Source of the DNA: Escherichia phage SHIN8
Sequence record: PP627280.1
Strand: one strand, 5' to 3'
Length of the DNA: 58,460 bases
Made by a program: the position numbers and the translations under genes. Under the pieces are notes generated by a model. That model worked only from the letters and a program-made list of their open reading frames with translations, made no database searches and was not told the origin of the DNA. Of the stretch, positions 1 to 10,059 are shown piece after piece. Numbering within the stretch: position 1 is the first letter of the stretch; the number at the start of each line of letters is the position of its first letter.

Positions 1-558
1 ATGAACGGGGCAAGTCAAGAGCAATATGATCGTGACTGGACGAATTACATCCAGTATGCAAATAGCTTGTCCGCTGAAGAGATGGCAATACGTGACAAAG
101 TTGTTGCTGAGTACATGTTCGACTACAATTGGACTAACGCTTGCATGAGATGCGGGTTCAATGCTATGTTTGCACAGGAGCTTGGCCAACGCTTTGCCAC
201 GGACTGTTATGTTCGATGGAAGCTCAAGGAGATTGAAAGATCCCGTGTTCAACGTACTTCTGAGCAAGCTAACATTGAAGCAGACCTTGAGCGTCAGCAT
301 ATCATTGAAGCATTAAAACGTGAAGCTCATTATACAGGACCGGGATCTTCTCAAGCTGCTAGAGTCGCCGCATTGGGCAAGCTTGCACAAATTTATGATT
401 TGGATGCTCCCAAGAAGGCTAAGATTGATGTTACTAACAGAGGCGGCGTAATGATAGTCCCTGCTGTAGCAAATATTGACGAATGGGAAAAAACTGCATC
501 CGAGTCTCAACAACGACTAGTTAAAGAGACTGAAGATGGAGCTAAACCGACAACCTGA
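1..558 (+). CDS. terminase small subunit (putative)
   Basis: 185-aa ORF directly upstream of and overlapping the large terminase; ATG at position 1 with an AAGGGGG Shine-Dalgarno at 58449-58455 if the sequence is circular. Confidence 0.45.
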   Translation: MNGASQEQYDRDWTNYIQYANSLSAEEMAIRDKVVAEYMFDYNWTNACMRCGFNAMFAQELGQRFATDCYVRWKLKEIERSRVQRTSEQANIEADLERQHIIEALKREAHYTGPGSSQAARVAALGKLAQIYDLDAPKKAKIDVTNRGGVMIVPAVANIDEWEKTASESQQRLVKETEDGAKPTT

Positions 559-2095
559 TAACATGCCGCGAGTCGTCTGGAAACCACATCCAGGTTCACA
601 GACACTCGCTCTATCCTGCCCCGCTGATATTATCCTATACCACGGAACTCGCGGTCCCGGAAAAACGGACTGCCAGCTTATGCGTTTCCGTAAGAATGTT
701 GGTGTAGGGTACGGTAAATTTTGGAAGGGTATTATATTCGACCGTGAATATAAAAACCTTGATGACCTTGTAACTAAATCCCAGCGTTGGTTTCCTGAAT
801 TTAAAGACGGGGCTAAATTCCTTAGCTCTAAGTCTGATTATAAATGGGTTTGGCCTACTGGTGAAGAGCTACTGTTCCGTGTTGCTTGTAAAGAAAAGGA
901 TTACTGGTCTTATCACGGTCACGAATACCCATTTATCGGATGGAACGAATTAACAAAATATCCGGACGGGCGTTTGTTTGAAGCTATGATGTCCTGTAAC
1001 CGTTCATCTTTCTTACCAGAAGATAACCCAATTATCAATCCAGATGGTACGGTCACATATTTACCGGATATCCCTCTTGAAGTGTTTGCTACCAGTAACC
1101 CGTTTGGCGCGGGGCATAACTGGGTTAAGAAACGCTTCATTGACGCTGCACCGATGGGTAAAATACTCAGGAAGACTACGAGAGTGTTTAACCCGAGGAC
1201 GCAGAAAGACGAAGATGTGGTTACGACGCAATGCCATATCTTTGGTTCGTACCGTGAAAACAAAAACCTAAGTCCAAAATATATTGCAGAACTTATGTCT
1301 ATCACAGACCCGAACAAGCGTGCTGCATGGTTGGGCGGGAGCTGGGATATTACATCCGGTGGTATGTTCGATGATCTGTGGCGTAGCACTGTTCACAAAG
1401 TACGACCATTCCCGATTCCAGCGAGTTGGAAGATTACACGTTCTTTCGACTGGGGTTCTTCAAAACCGTTCTCTGTCGGTTGGTGGGCTATTAGTGATGG
1501 TTCGGATGTTGTGCGTGAAGATGGCACTACATTCTCCACGGTCCGCGGTGACCTGTTTAGGATTAACGAATGGTATGGGACCAACGGTAAAACAAACGAA
1601 GGTCTACATTTGCTGGACTCAGAAATTGCAAGCGGTATACTGGAGCGGGAATTGGCCTGGGGTATACACGATCGTGTAGTTCCTGGTCCTGCGGATAACT
1701 CCATTTGGGATCTGGAGAACAATAACTCCACCGCTGCAACAATGGCGAAGAAAATTCGTCTTAACGGGAAGTTATACGACGGTATACATTGGAAGCGCAG
1801 TGATAAGTCTGCTGGGTCACGTAAACGGGGCTGGCAGAAAATGCGTGAGTTCCTTAAAGCTGCACTGCGGGAAGATGCGAACGGTAAACCTTTGCCCGGT
1901 CCGCGCGAGAATCCAGCAATGTACATTTTTGATAACTGCAACTATTTCTTTGAGCTGGTTCCAAGTCTACCTCGCGATGAAGTAGATCAGGACGACGTTG
2001 ATACGGAATGTGAAGACCATATGGGTGATGAAGTTCGTTATATGGTTCTGGATCAAGCTGTTTATACAGGTGTTGGCAAAACTATCGGTATTTAA
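536..2095 (+). CDS. terL: terminase large subunit
   Basis: 519 aa; N-terminal Walker A-like HGTRGPGKTD; size and position before portal. Confidence 0.8.
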   Translation: MELNRQPDNMPRVVWKPHPGSQTLALSCPADIILYHGTRGPGKTDCQLMRFRKNVGVGYGKFWKGIIFDREYKNLDDLVTKSQRWFPEFKDGAKFLSSKSDYKWVWPTGEELLFRVACKEKDYWSYHGHEYPFIGWNELTKYPDGRLFEAMMSCNRSSFLPEDNPIINPDGTVTYLPDIPLEVFATSNPFGAGHNWVKKRFIDAAPMGKILRKTTRVFNPRTQKDEDVVTTQCHIFGSYRENKNLSPKYIAELMSITDPNKRAAWLGGSWDITSGGMFDDLWRSTVHKVRPFPIPASWKITRSFDWGSSKPFSVGWWAISDGSDVVREDGTTFSTVRGDLFRINEWYGTNGKTNEGLHLLDSEIASGILERELAWGIHDRVVPGPADNSIWDLENNNSTAATMAKKIRLNGKLYDGIHWKRSDKSAGSRKRGWQKMREFLKAALREDANGKPLPGPRENPAMYIFDNCNYFFELVPSLPRDEVDQDDVDTECEDHMGDEVRYMVLDQAVYTGVGKTIGI

Positions 2096-2106
2096 CTGGA
2101 GGGTAT

Positions 2107-3603
2107 ATGGGTATTGATGCAACTCACCCGCTATATGACAAGTGGAAGGACGCATGGGTTAAGTGCAACGACTGCTATGAGGGTGAAGATAAAATTAAGG
2201 AAGAAGGTGTTAAATATCTACCACCTTTAGCTTCCATGATTATTGATGGGATGAATAATCCTAATGATTTGGGCTTTCAACGTTGGCTCGCTTATCGTCT
2301 GCGTGCTAACTTCCCTGACGATTATTCAAGTGCGGTTACAAACAATTTAGGTCTGCTACACCAGAAGCCTCCTACAATCCAGCTCCCACCTGAAATGGAA
2401 TACATGCGGGAGCTGTGTACTGCGGACGGTGAAGACATTATTGCTCTGCTACGTCGCATCAATGAAATGCAGTTAAAAAATGGACGTTTGGGCCTGCTGC
2501 TGGACTTGCCGAAAGGTGAGGATGTAAATAACAGACCTTATATTAGCGTTTATGATGCTTTATCCATTATCAACTGGGATGATGGTAAAGATGAATTGGG
2601 CAATATCAACTTGAACATGGTTGTTCTGGATGAAAGCGGTCCTGTACGTGTCAATCAGTTTGACTGGAAAGAAGAGAAGCGTTATCGCGTTCTACAATTA
2701 GGTCCAATGGACACAGATGAAGTAGCAGGTGGAGCGGTCTACTCCCAACATCTGTTTATTAACAATACCAATTATGATGAAGGGCAAATGATTGCTCCTT
2801 ATTATAAAGGTAATACGCTGGATGAAATTCCTTTCCAGTTTGTCAATACAACAGATATTACCCCAGCACCGGAAGCGCCGCCATTGTTGGGTCTTGCTAA
2901 CATTTGTCTAAGCATGTACCGAAGTGACGCGGATTACCGCCAATGCTTGCATATGCAGGGTCAGGATACTTTAGTTGTTGTTGGTGGTTCCATGGAAAAT
3001 GGAGATAAAGCCCCTCAGCGTATTGGTCCTGGTGCAGTCATTAACGTTTCTCAGGGAGGTGACGCTAAATATGTAGGTGTTAGCGGTGACGGTTTGTCCG
3101 AGCAACGTCTCGCACTGGCAGCGGATAAGCAGGAAGCCCAAATTAAAGCCGGGCAAATGGTAAACAATACCAAGAGTACGCAGGAATCAGGCGAAGCTAT
3201 GAAAACGCGTATTGCTGCGCGTACAGCTAGTTTGATTCGAATTGCGTATACTGGTGCGGCTGGTTTGGAGAACTTGCTGAAGGTTTGCGCTAAGTGGATG
3301 GGTGCTGATCCCGAGAAAGTTGTGGTCAAGCCTAATCTTGAATTTACCAAGAGCATGTTTAACGGTCAGGACTTTGTTCAAATTATTACTGCACGCAACC
3401 TTAAAGCTCCGATCAGCTTGCAGTCTATTCATGGCTGGCTCGTTGATCAAGGCTTAACCACACTAAGCTTTGAAGAAGAAATGGCAATTCTTGAAGAAGA
3501 GCTTAAGAAGTGGCCTCTGCCCGATGATGCTAAAGCTGATTTAAACGCAGAGCAGCAAGTAAGTAAAGATCCTAAGGAAGACAACGCTTCCGATAAAGAA
3601 TAG
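2107..3603 (+). CDS. portal protein
   Basis: 498 aa, immediately after terL and before scaffold/capsid; acidic C-terminus. Confidence 0.7.
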   Translation: MGIDATHPLYDKWKDAWVKCNDCYEGEDKIKEEGVKYLPPLASMIIDGMNNPNDLGFQRWLAYRLRANFPDDYSSAVTNNLGLLHQKPPTIQLPPEMEYMRELCTADGEDIIALLRRINEMQLKNGRLGLLLDLPKGEDVNNRPYISVYDALSIINWDDGKDELGNINLNMVVLDESGPVRVNQFDWKEEKRYRVLQLGPMDTDEVAGGAVYSQHLFINNTNYDEGQMIAPYYKGNTLDEIPFQFVNTTDITPAPEAPPLLGLANICLSMYRSDADYRQCLHMQGQDTLVVVGGSMENGDKAPQRIGPGAVINVSQGGDAKYVGVSGDGLSEQRLALAADKQEAQIKAGQMVNNTKSTQESGEAMKTRIAARTASLIRIAYTGAAGLENLLKVCAKWMGADPEKVVVKPNLEFTKSMFNGQDFVQIITARNLKAPISLQSIHGWLVDQGLTTLSFEEEMAILEEELKKWPLPDDAKADLNAEQQVSKDPKEDNASDKE

Positions 3604-3698
3604 TTGCAACTTCCAAGTTGATCGGTTTATATTAACGAACACGGGGCTGGGACGGCTCAGCTCCAAAAACGTCACACGGGTGACAACGGAGATAAGAA

Positions 3699-4571
3699 AT
3701 GAAAAAGAGTTCTGTAGCTATTAGTGTTGGTATGGCTTTAATTAATCCACGCGCTCGCGGTGAAGGTGACGTGGAACTGGAATACGAATATGCATCTGCG
3801 GAAGAAATCCCGGCAGAGTTTGCAACTCTTTACGCAGAGCAGGGCGGTAAATACGTTCTTGCAAAAGTTAAAGGTGTAGCCCCCGCTGATAGCGTTCGTC
3901 GTCTGGAAAGTGCATTAGCAAAAGAACGTAACGACCATCGTCAGGTGAAGCAACAGATTAGCGCACTTGGGCGTCCGGTTGAAGAAGTCCTTGCGGACCT
4001 TGATCGTATCCCTCAACTGGAAGCTGCCGCTAACGGTAAAGGTACTCCGGAAGACATCGAAAAGATGGTTAAAGCCCGTCTTGCTCCGCTTGAGCGTCAA
4101 TTGCAAACTGTAGCAGCTGAACGCGATTCCGTTAAGCAGGAAATTGAAGGCTACCGCACTCGCGAAACTAAAGCGAAGATTAAAGACGCAGTTATTGCTG
4201 CTGCATCCGGTGCTAAGCTGCGTCCGTCTGCTATCGAAGATGCGGTGACTTATGCACAGTTGCAAATGACCGTCGACGAGAACGGCAATGTGGTTACGAA
4301 AGATGGGGCGGGTGTAACTCCATACCTAACCCCGGCGGATTGGCTTAACGAGATCCTCCCGAAACGTCCTCACTGGGTTGAAGGATCTGCTGGTGGTGGT
4401 GCATCTGGTCCGGGCGCTGGCGGACATCACGGCGAAGACCCTTACAGTCACGACGGTTGGAACATCTCTAAACAGATGAATCTCTGGAAAACTAATCAAT
4501 CTTTAGCTAAACGCTTAGCTGAAAAGAATGGCGTAGACCCGCTGAAGCCTGTACGTCCTGCTAAGAAATAA
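3699..4571 (+). CDS. head scaffolding protein
   Basis: 290 aa, charged and coiled-coil-like, between portal and major capsid. Confidence 0.55.
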   Translation: MKKSSVAISVGMALINPRARGEGDVELEYEYASAEEIPAEFATLYAEQGGKYVLAKVKGVAPADSVRRLESALAKERNDHRQVKQQISALGRPVEEVLADLDRIPQLEAAANGKGTPEDIEKMVKARLAPLERQLQTVAAERDSVKQEIEGYRTRETKAKIKDAVIAAASGAKLRPSAIEDAVTYAQLQMTVDENGNVVTKDGAGVTPYLTPADWLNEILPKRPHWVEGSAGGGASGPGAGGHHGEDPYSHDGWNISKQMNLWKTNQSLAKRLAEKNGVDPLKPVRPAKK

Positions 4572-4585
4572 GTTGACATCCCGAC

Positions 4586-4618
4586 GTCCCTGATGTTAAG
4601 TTTCAACACATCAGGGAC
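4586..4618 (+). promoter_or_regulatory. perfect 11-bp hairpin between scaffold and capsid genes
   Basis: GTCCCTGATGT-11 nt-ACATCAGGGAC, no T-run; TTGACA hexamer at 4573-4578. Confidence 0.35.
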
Positions 4619-4693
4619 ACGGGTTCCTAAACAGCCTTCCACGGGGAAAGGCTACCAACAGTAAACAAATCAATCCTTTTCCTGGAGACAAGT

Positions 4694-5755
4694 ATGTCTA
4701 AATCTAAAATTATTCTACCATTTGGTCGTGGTGAAACTGACCTGACTCGTTTGAAGGATGTCATTGTCCCTGAGATCTTCACTGGTTATGTGCAGACGCA
4801 GACCGCTGAACTTTCTGCCCTGATCCAATCCGGTGCGGTTGTGATGGACGAGCGTTTATCAGCTAACCTTGCTGGTGCAGGTCTGACTTTTAACGAGCCG
4901 TTCTATAACGACCTGAAAGATGAAGACGAAGATATCGCGGTTGATAAAGGTAATCCGTCAAAACCGTCTAATATCACTACCGGATCTGAAGTTCAGGTTC
5001 GTATGAGTCGTTCAAAATCCTGGGGTTCTGCGGATCTGGTATCAGCTTTGATCGGTAACGACCCAATGACCGCTATCGGTAACCGCGTGTCTGCGTGGTG
5101 GGTTCGCCGTCTGCAAGCTGCATACATCGCAACCTGGAAAGGTGTATTTGCTAATGCGAAGAAATCTCATAACGACGATTTGACTTTCGACATTTCTGGC
5201 GAGTCCTTTACGAATAACCAGACCAACTTTACCGCGTCTAACTTCATCAACGCAACTGCAACGATGGGTGATGCTGCTCGCGGTCTGACCATGATTATGG
5301 TACACTCTACCGTTCGTAACCGTATGCGTCAGTTGAACCTGATCGACTTCATTCCAGATGCTCGCGGTGAAACTCAGTTTGAGTATTATCAGGGTCTGCG
5401 TATTATTGAAGACGACTCCATGCCGCACGATCCGTCTACTGGTATCTTTGAAAGCTGGCTGTTCGGCCCGGGCGCTACTGCAATGGGTGCTGGTTCACCG
5501 AAAGTTCCGACCGCCGTGGTTCGTGACGAAGCCGCTAACCAAGGCGCTGGTGAAGAAGTTCTTCACAACCGTGTTGAATGGATTCTGCATCCGGTTGGCC
5601 ATGCTTGGGCTGCTGCTCAAACTGCTAAAGGTGGTCCGTCTAACGCTGCTACCACTAACAACCTGGCCCATGTAGATTCCTGGCGTCGTGCGTTCCCTGA
5701 GCGCAAGCAGCTTAAAGTTGCACGCCTGATCACTCGTGAGTATCAGGGTTCCTAA
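4694..5755 (+). CDS. major capsid protein
   Basis: 353 aa after scaffold; followed by a strong intrinsic terminator. Confidence 0.7.
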   Translation: MSKSKIILPFGRGETDLTRLKDVIVPEIFTGYVQTQTAELSALIQSGAVVMDERLSANLAGAGLTFNEPFYNDLKDEDEDIAVDKGNPSKPSNITTGSEVQVRMSRSKSWGSADLVSALIGNDPMTAIGNRVSAWWVRRLQAAYIATWKGVFANAKKSHNDDLTFDISGESFTNNQTNFTASNFINATATMGDAARGLTMIMVHSTVRNRMRQLNLIDFIPDARGETQFEYYQGLRIIEDDSMPHDPSTGIFESWLFGPGATAMGAGSPKVPTAVVRDEAANQGAGEEVLHNRVEWILHPVGHAWAAAQTAKGGPSNAATTNNLAHVDSWRRAFPERKQLKVARLITREYQGS

Positions 5756-5776
5756 GGCTTCACTCAACGCCGCGCT

Positions 5777-5803
5777 GTAGTATTTTGGGGACATCTTATG
5801 TCC
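5777..5803 (+). terminator. intrinsic terminator after major capsid gene
   Basis: GGGGACAT-ctt-ATGTCCCC followed by TCTTTTTT. Confidence 0.6.
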
Positions 5804-5825
5804 CCTCTTTTTTAGGAGAACAACC

Positions 5826-6149
5826 ATGCGTTATCAACGTTATGAGCGACATGACTTGATGGAAAAATCGTTGCAGGTGGAGCCAATTTCGATTACTCTC
5901 GATCCTGCTAAGATTGACACCACAACTTCAGAAGTAAAAACGGTTACTGTTAAAATAAACTTTGTCCCAGGCGGAACTACAAACAAAGCGTATAGCGCGT
6001 CAGTTGACGGTTCCTCTGCTACAATTAAAGACAACGGGGACGGTACAATTACCGTGACCACAACCGCAAGCAGTGGTACTTCAAACTTGACAGTAACGTC
6101 CAAGGCAAAGGATAGTGTTACTGGTACATGTGTTATTAATGTGACCTAA
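5826..6149 (+). CDS. Ig-like (Big_2-type) domain protein, possible head decoration
   Basis: 107 aa, Thr/Ser-rich beta-strand pattern (TVTVKINFVPGG...TITVTTTASSGTSNLTVTSKAKDSVTGTCVINVT); AGGAGA RBS. Confidence 0.55.
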   Translation: MRYQRYERHDLMEKSLQVEPISITLDPAKIDTTTSEVKTVTVKINFVPGGTTNKAYSASVDGSSATIKDNGDGTITVTTTASSGTSNLTVTSKAKDSVTGTCVINVT

Positions 6150-6165
6150 AAATAAGGATTAAACA

Positions 6166-6819
6166 ATGAAGACATTAATTGAAGCATTGTTAGAACTTGA
6201 TCCGGATAACCCGAATCATTGGACTAGCGACGGTCTACCTAAAGTTGACGCTCTGCGTTTCGCTACCGCTAACCCGTCTTTAACTCGCGACGATATTACA
6301 ACTGCTGCTCCGCTGTTTACCCGCGATAACCGCGTGCTGGAAGAGCCCGAGTCAGTGGAACCTGTTAAATCTGCTGACCCAGTTTTACATGAAGCAGTTA
6401 AACAGGAGAAAGCTCATGAAGAACAAAAGAAAGTCGCGGTTGCAACGATGCAAATCGAAGTTAAGATTAGCGAAGCACTGCGTGCTATTCTGGAGCCGGA
6501 AAAAATCGGTGACACTTCCAGCTTAACCGATGAAGAACTGAAAGCGAAGCGCGAAAAGCTTAGCAATGTGGTTAAAGAGATTGCCCACACTAAGCACGCG
6601 TTGGAGCTCGCTATCTCAGACGTTCAAGCGGATCTGGATAAGATTATCGTTGAGCAGGAGCGTCGTCGTCCTAAGTCCGGTCTTACTGCAACTCAGATGT
6701 ATCTTGAAGCGCAGAAAAAACGTAAACCGGAAGACATGCTTTCTGACCATCGCTTCCAGAACCCTATTGACGATCCGGTCGCCCGTATGGTTGCACGTAA
6801 TATGATGCGTCGAGGTTAA
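6166..6819 (+). CDS. hypothetical structural protein
   Basis: 217 aa in head module. Confidence 0.4.
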   Translation: MKTLIEALLELDPDNPNHWTSDGLPKVDALRFATANPSLTRDDITTAAPLFTRDNRVLEEPESVEPVKSADPVLHEAVKQEKAHEEQKKVAVATMQIEVKISEALRAILEPEKIGDTSSLTDEELKAKREKLSNVVKEIAHTKHALELAISDVQADLDKIIVEQERRRPKSGLTATQMYLEAQKKRKPEDMLSDHRFQNPIDDPVARMVARNMMRRG

Positions 6820-6871
6820 CCATGGAAATGAGCCATAGACAATATGTGTTGTGGCTCCTCCGACGTAATAG

Positions 6872-6900
6872 AAAACGGCGTCAAGAAGACGCCGTTTCTG
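6872..6900 (+). terminator. putative terminator or RNA hairpin
   Basis: AAACGGCGTC-aagaa-GACGCCGTTT followed by CTGTT. Confidence 0.35.
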
Positions 6901-6957
6901 TTCCTGAAGAAGAGCTCCCGCCGCTTATCCCTACAACCATCGCAATGAGGAAGAAAG

Positions 6958-7464
6958 ATGGAGATTCCACTGATAGTTGAAGATGGTACTGGTGTACCGG
7001 ACGCCAACAGTTATGTCACCATTGAACAAGTCCGCATGTATGCAGCAATGCGAGGTATTGTACTTCCAAGTGAAGACGAAGATCTAAAGACAAAGATCTT
7101 TGACGCTATGGATTTTGTGGAAGGGTACAGCCAACGCTTTAAAGGTTATAAAATTAACCCACAGCAACCGCTAAATTGGCCACGCTACGGGGTGTTTGTG
7201 GACGGGTTCGAGCTACCCCAAAGCCCCTTACCAAAGGCGCTTATAAACGCTGTTTGCCAGCTTACAGCGGACTCAGCTACTGGCGGTCCTCTTAATGGGA
7301 AAACTACTGCATATGCAGTCAAAAGAACTAAAGTAGAAGGTCTTGAGATTGAATACGCAACTGGTAGCACAGCACAGTCAGGTCCAGCAAAAACATATGA
7401 TAAAGCTATGACGTTTTTATCACCTTTGCTGGGTTATCAAATGGGTAATAGACTGATACGGTGA
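6958..7464 (+). CDS. head-tail adaptor/connector (putative)
   Basis: 168 aa, position between head and tail genes; RBS AGGAAG. Confidence 0.45.
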   Translation: MEIPLIVEDGTGVPDANSYVTIEQVRMYAAMRGIVLPSEDEDLKTKIFDAMDFVEGYSQRFKGYKINPQQPLNWPRYGVFVDGFELPQSPLPKALINAVCQLTADSATGGPLNGKTTAYAVKRTKVEGLEIEYATGSTAQSGPAKTYDKAMTFLSPLLGYQMGNRLIR

Positions 7465-7467
7465 TTT

Positions 7468-7848
7468 ATGAGCTTTCCTTACGAGCAGCTAGTTGAAGCT
7501 GCAAAGCAAATGATCAACGATGCAGGTGTTAACTGTACCCTTGTTGTTATGGAGCAAGGGGAAGGTCAAGATGAATGGGACGATCCGAGCGTTGAAAAAC
7601 GATACCCATTCATTGGAGCTTTCCTTTCACCGAAGGAAAAGATGATTGGCGGCAGTCTTGTTTCTGCTGGTGAACTGAAAGTGTTGACTTACCCAATGAC
7701 ACCTCCATTGACTCGCGATAAAGCAATGACTGCACGCATTGAGCGTGTGTCGCCGGATGGGGAACTGGAAGTGTGGACAATAAATGAGTTTGTTGATACA
7801 CGACCAGCTAACGTTTCTGTTCTTTACACTTTTAAGGTGACGCGATAA
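7468..7848 (+). CDS. head-tail joining protein (putative)
   Basis: 126 aa, tightly packed in neck module. Confidence 0.4.
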   Translation: MSFPYEQLVEAAKQMINDAGVNCTLVVMEQGEGQDEWDDPSVEKRYPFIGAFLSPKEKMIGGSLVSAGELKVLTYPMTPPLTRDKAMTARIERVSPDGELEVWTINEFVDTRPANVSVLYTFKVTR

Positions 7849-8255
7849 TGGGATTCGGGGCGGATATTCGACGTGCAAGTCAGAAGGTACTTGTTCAGAC
7901 AAGCGAACAGGCCAAAAAAGTCGTTGTCAAGTTCACAGAGAACGTGATACAGGATACTCCTGTTAAGACCGGACGTACAAAAGGTGGTTGGCGGTCATCC
8001 ATTGGTGCGCCGTATGCAACGGAAACTATCCGCCTCGATCCTACTGGAGAGATGGCTAAAGCTGAAGCCCGAGTTGTTGCACGCCAACTACCTAATGATA
8101 AAGACTGGACTTTCTATTTTAGCAACCTGACACCATATGCTGGCAAACTGGAGTTCTTAGGTTGGTCGCAGCAAGCTCCGAACGGTATGGTTCGTATTAA
8201 CGTAGCGAAGCTTCCAATGTTGATACGTCAAGCTATAGCAGAAGGAAAACTATAA
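7848..8255 (+). CDS. HK97 gp10-like neck/tail completion protein
   Basis: 135 aa; IQDTPVKTGRTKGGW resembles gp10-family motif; ATGA overlap with upstream gene. Confidence 0.5.
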   Translation: MGFGADIRRASQKVLVQTSEQAKKVVVKFTENVIQDTPVKTGRTKGGWRSSIGAPYATETIRLDPTGEMAKAEARVVARQLPNDKDWTFYFSNLTPYAGKLEFLGWSQQAPNGMVRINVAKLPMLIRQAIAEGKL

Positions 8256-8704
8256 TGCTTGGATACGATTTCATTAATGATGCATTTAATAAGATGCTAC
8301 GCGAAGCAGTTGGACCGGATATTGGTATAGCGTGGAAGAATAAGAAGTTCACACCTAAAGCCAACCAGATGTGGTTAAAGGCAATCAATGCTCCCGCTTC
8401 CACTTACGCTGCAACGCTAGGTGATAACGGTCTGAATGAAATTCCAGGCTTCTACCAAATCACAGTATATAGCCCTTTAAACACTGGAACGTCTAAGCAG
8501 AATCAAATCTTGGATTCTATTCGGAAAAAGTTTAAACTGGGCTTGCGTATCCCGTGCCCGGATGACCACACGTTACGGATCGTCAGTTTAGACTTTTCGC
8601 AAGGTGGACAAACTTCGCTGAACGATTTTACCAAAGGCGGGGTTGAAGATAACTGGGACGTTAACTTTATCACAATCTATTGGTCGGCTCGTGAGCCGAG
8701 GTAA
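8255..8704 (+). CDS. tail completion/terminator protein (putative)
   Basis: 149 aa, precedes major tail protein. Confidence 0.4.
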   Translation: MLGYDFINDAFNKMLREAVGPDIGIAWKNKKFTPKANQMWLKAINAPASTYAATLGDNGLNEIPGFYQITVYSPLNTGTSKQNQILDSIRKKFKLGLRIPCPDDHTLRIVSLDFSQGGQTSLNDFTKGGVEDNWDVNFITIYWSAREPR

Positions 8705-8718
8705 GAGAGGATCTAAAT

Positions 8719-9642
8719 ATGGCTACAGGTTCACGTTATTCGTGTTACTACGTCAAAGAAGATGTAAGCAACACTACGCCAGCGAGTGCGAAGTTTACTC
8801 CGTTCCGTGTGACCAGCTCCGGTCTGGACATTAATATTGCAACGCTGGAATCTGAAGAACTGCGCGATGACGCTGAAACTGCGGACTTCCGCCTCGGTGC
8901 TCGCAGTGTTGAAGGTACAGTAACGGGCGAAATGTCCTTCGGCACCTTCGATGATCTTATTGCTGCTGCACTTCGTGGGGAGTGGCAAGACAACGTCCTT
9001 AAAGGCGGTATTATCCGTCAGTCATTTACTTTCGTAGACTATAACGCAGATCTACCGTCAGGTAAATATACAATTTATCGCGGTTGCGAAGTTAATAGCA
9101 TGACTTTCTCATTGTCTGCGGAAAACATGACCACAGTGGAATTCGGTATTGTTGGTCGCTCAATGGAAATTGCGGAATCGCTCCCATCTGGTGCAACTAT
9201 CAAAGAGCGTACAACTACTTCACCGATGGATGGTTTCTCCGGCCGCTTGCTGGAAAACGACGAAGAAATCAGCGTTATTACGGAAATCGGTCTTACCGTT
9301 GAAAACGATATTGCACCACGCTTTGTTGTTGGTTCTAAGTTCTCCATTGAACCGTCCGCTGGTCGTCGTGCGGTAACTGGTACAGCTAACGTGTACTTCC
9401 TGGATAACAAGCTGCGTATGAAGTATCTGGATGAAGTGGAAACTTCAATCAAGTTTGATCTGATTGACCCAAGCAATCCGGAACAAAAATACACTGTGGA
9501 AATGCCTCGCGTGAAGTTCACTGAAGCTCCACGTCCTATTGACGGCGAAGGGGATATCATGCTTAATATGGGCTACCGCGGATTGCTGGACCCAACAACC
9601 GCAAGTTCCATCAAAATTACCCGCGTTGTAGCGGGAGCCTAA
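8719..9642 (+). CDS. major tail protein
   Basis: 307 aa, directly upstream of chaperone and tape measure. Confidence 0.55.
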   Translation: MATGSRYSCYYVKEDVSNTTPASAKFTPFRVTSSGLDINIATLESEELRDDAETADFRLGARSVEGTVTGEMSFGTFDDLIAAALRGEWQDNVLKGGIIRQSFTFVDYNADLPSGKYTIYRGCEVNSMTFSLSAENMTTVEFGIVGRSMEIAESLPSGATIKERTTTSPMDGFSGRLLENDEEISVITEIGLTVENDIAPRFVVGSKFSIEPSAGRRAVTGTANVYFLDNKLRMKYLDEVETSIKFDLIDPSNPEQKYTVEMPRVKFTEAPRPIDGEGDIMLNMGYRGLLDPTTASSIKITRVVAGA

Positions 9643-9651
9643 GGATAAGAA

Positions 9652-10059
9652 ATGACCGACACCAAAAAAGCCAAAGTTGTAGTAGCTAAAAGCTTCCGTG
9701 ATTTTAAAACTGTGAGCCGGGCTAACGACCCGGCAAACACTAAGCCAATGAATGTGGTTATTCCTGGTGTAGGCGACACTGGCGAAAAACTCTACATTCG
9801 TAGCCGCTACTGCACAGAGTACCGTGATGCTGAACTGAAAGCACAGCGTCAACTGTTGGCTCTTATGCAGGGTAAAGACGGTGAAGTAACGGATGCTATG
9901 AAGGAAGATATCCTTACCCGTTCACTGTGTAACCTTGTAGCAGGTTGGACTTTTGACGAGCCACCGACTGTTGACAACGTGTTTGAGTTCTTAACGGAGA
10001 ACCCAACTGTCCGAGAAGATCTTAACGTATTTGCCGCTAAAGATAGTAATTTTTTCTAA
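9652..10059 (+). CDS. tail assembly chaperone (gpG-like)
   Basis: 135 aa, ends at slippery T_TTT_TTC immediately before stop; upstream of tape measure. Confidence 0.6.
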   Translation: MTDTKKAKVVVAKSFRDFKTVSRANDPANTKPMNVVIPGVGDTGEKLYIRSRYCTEYRDAELKAQRQLLALMQGKDGEVTDAMKEDILTRSLCNLVAGWTFDEPPTVDNVFEFLTENPTVREDLNVFAAKDSNFF

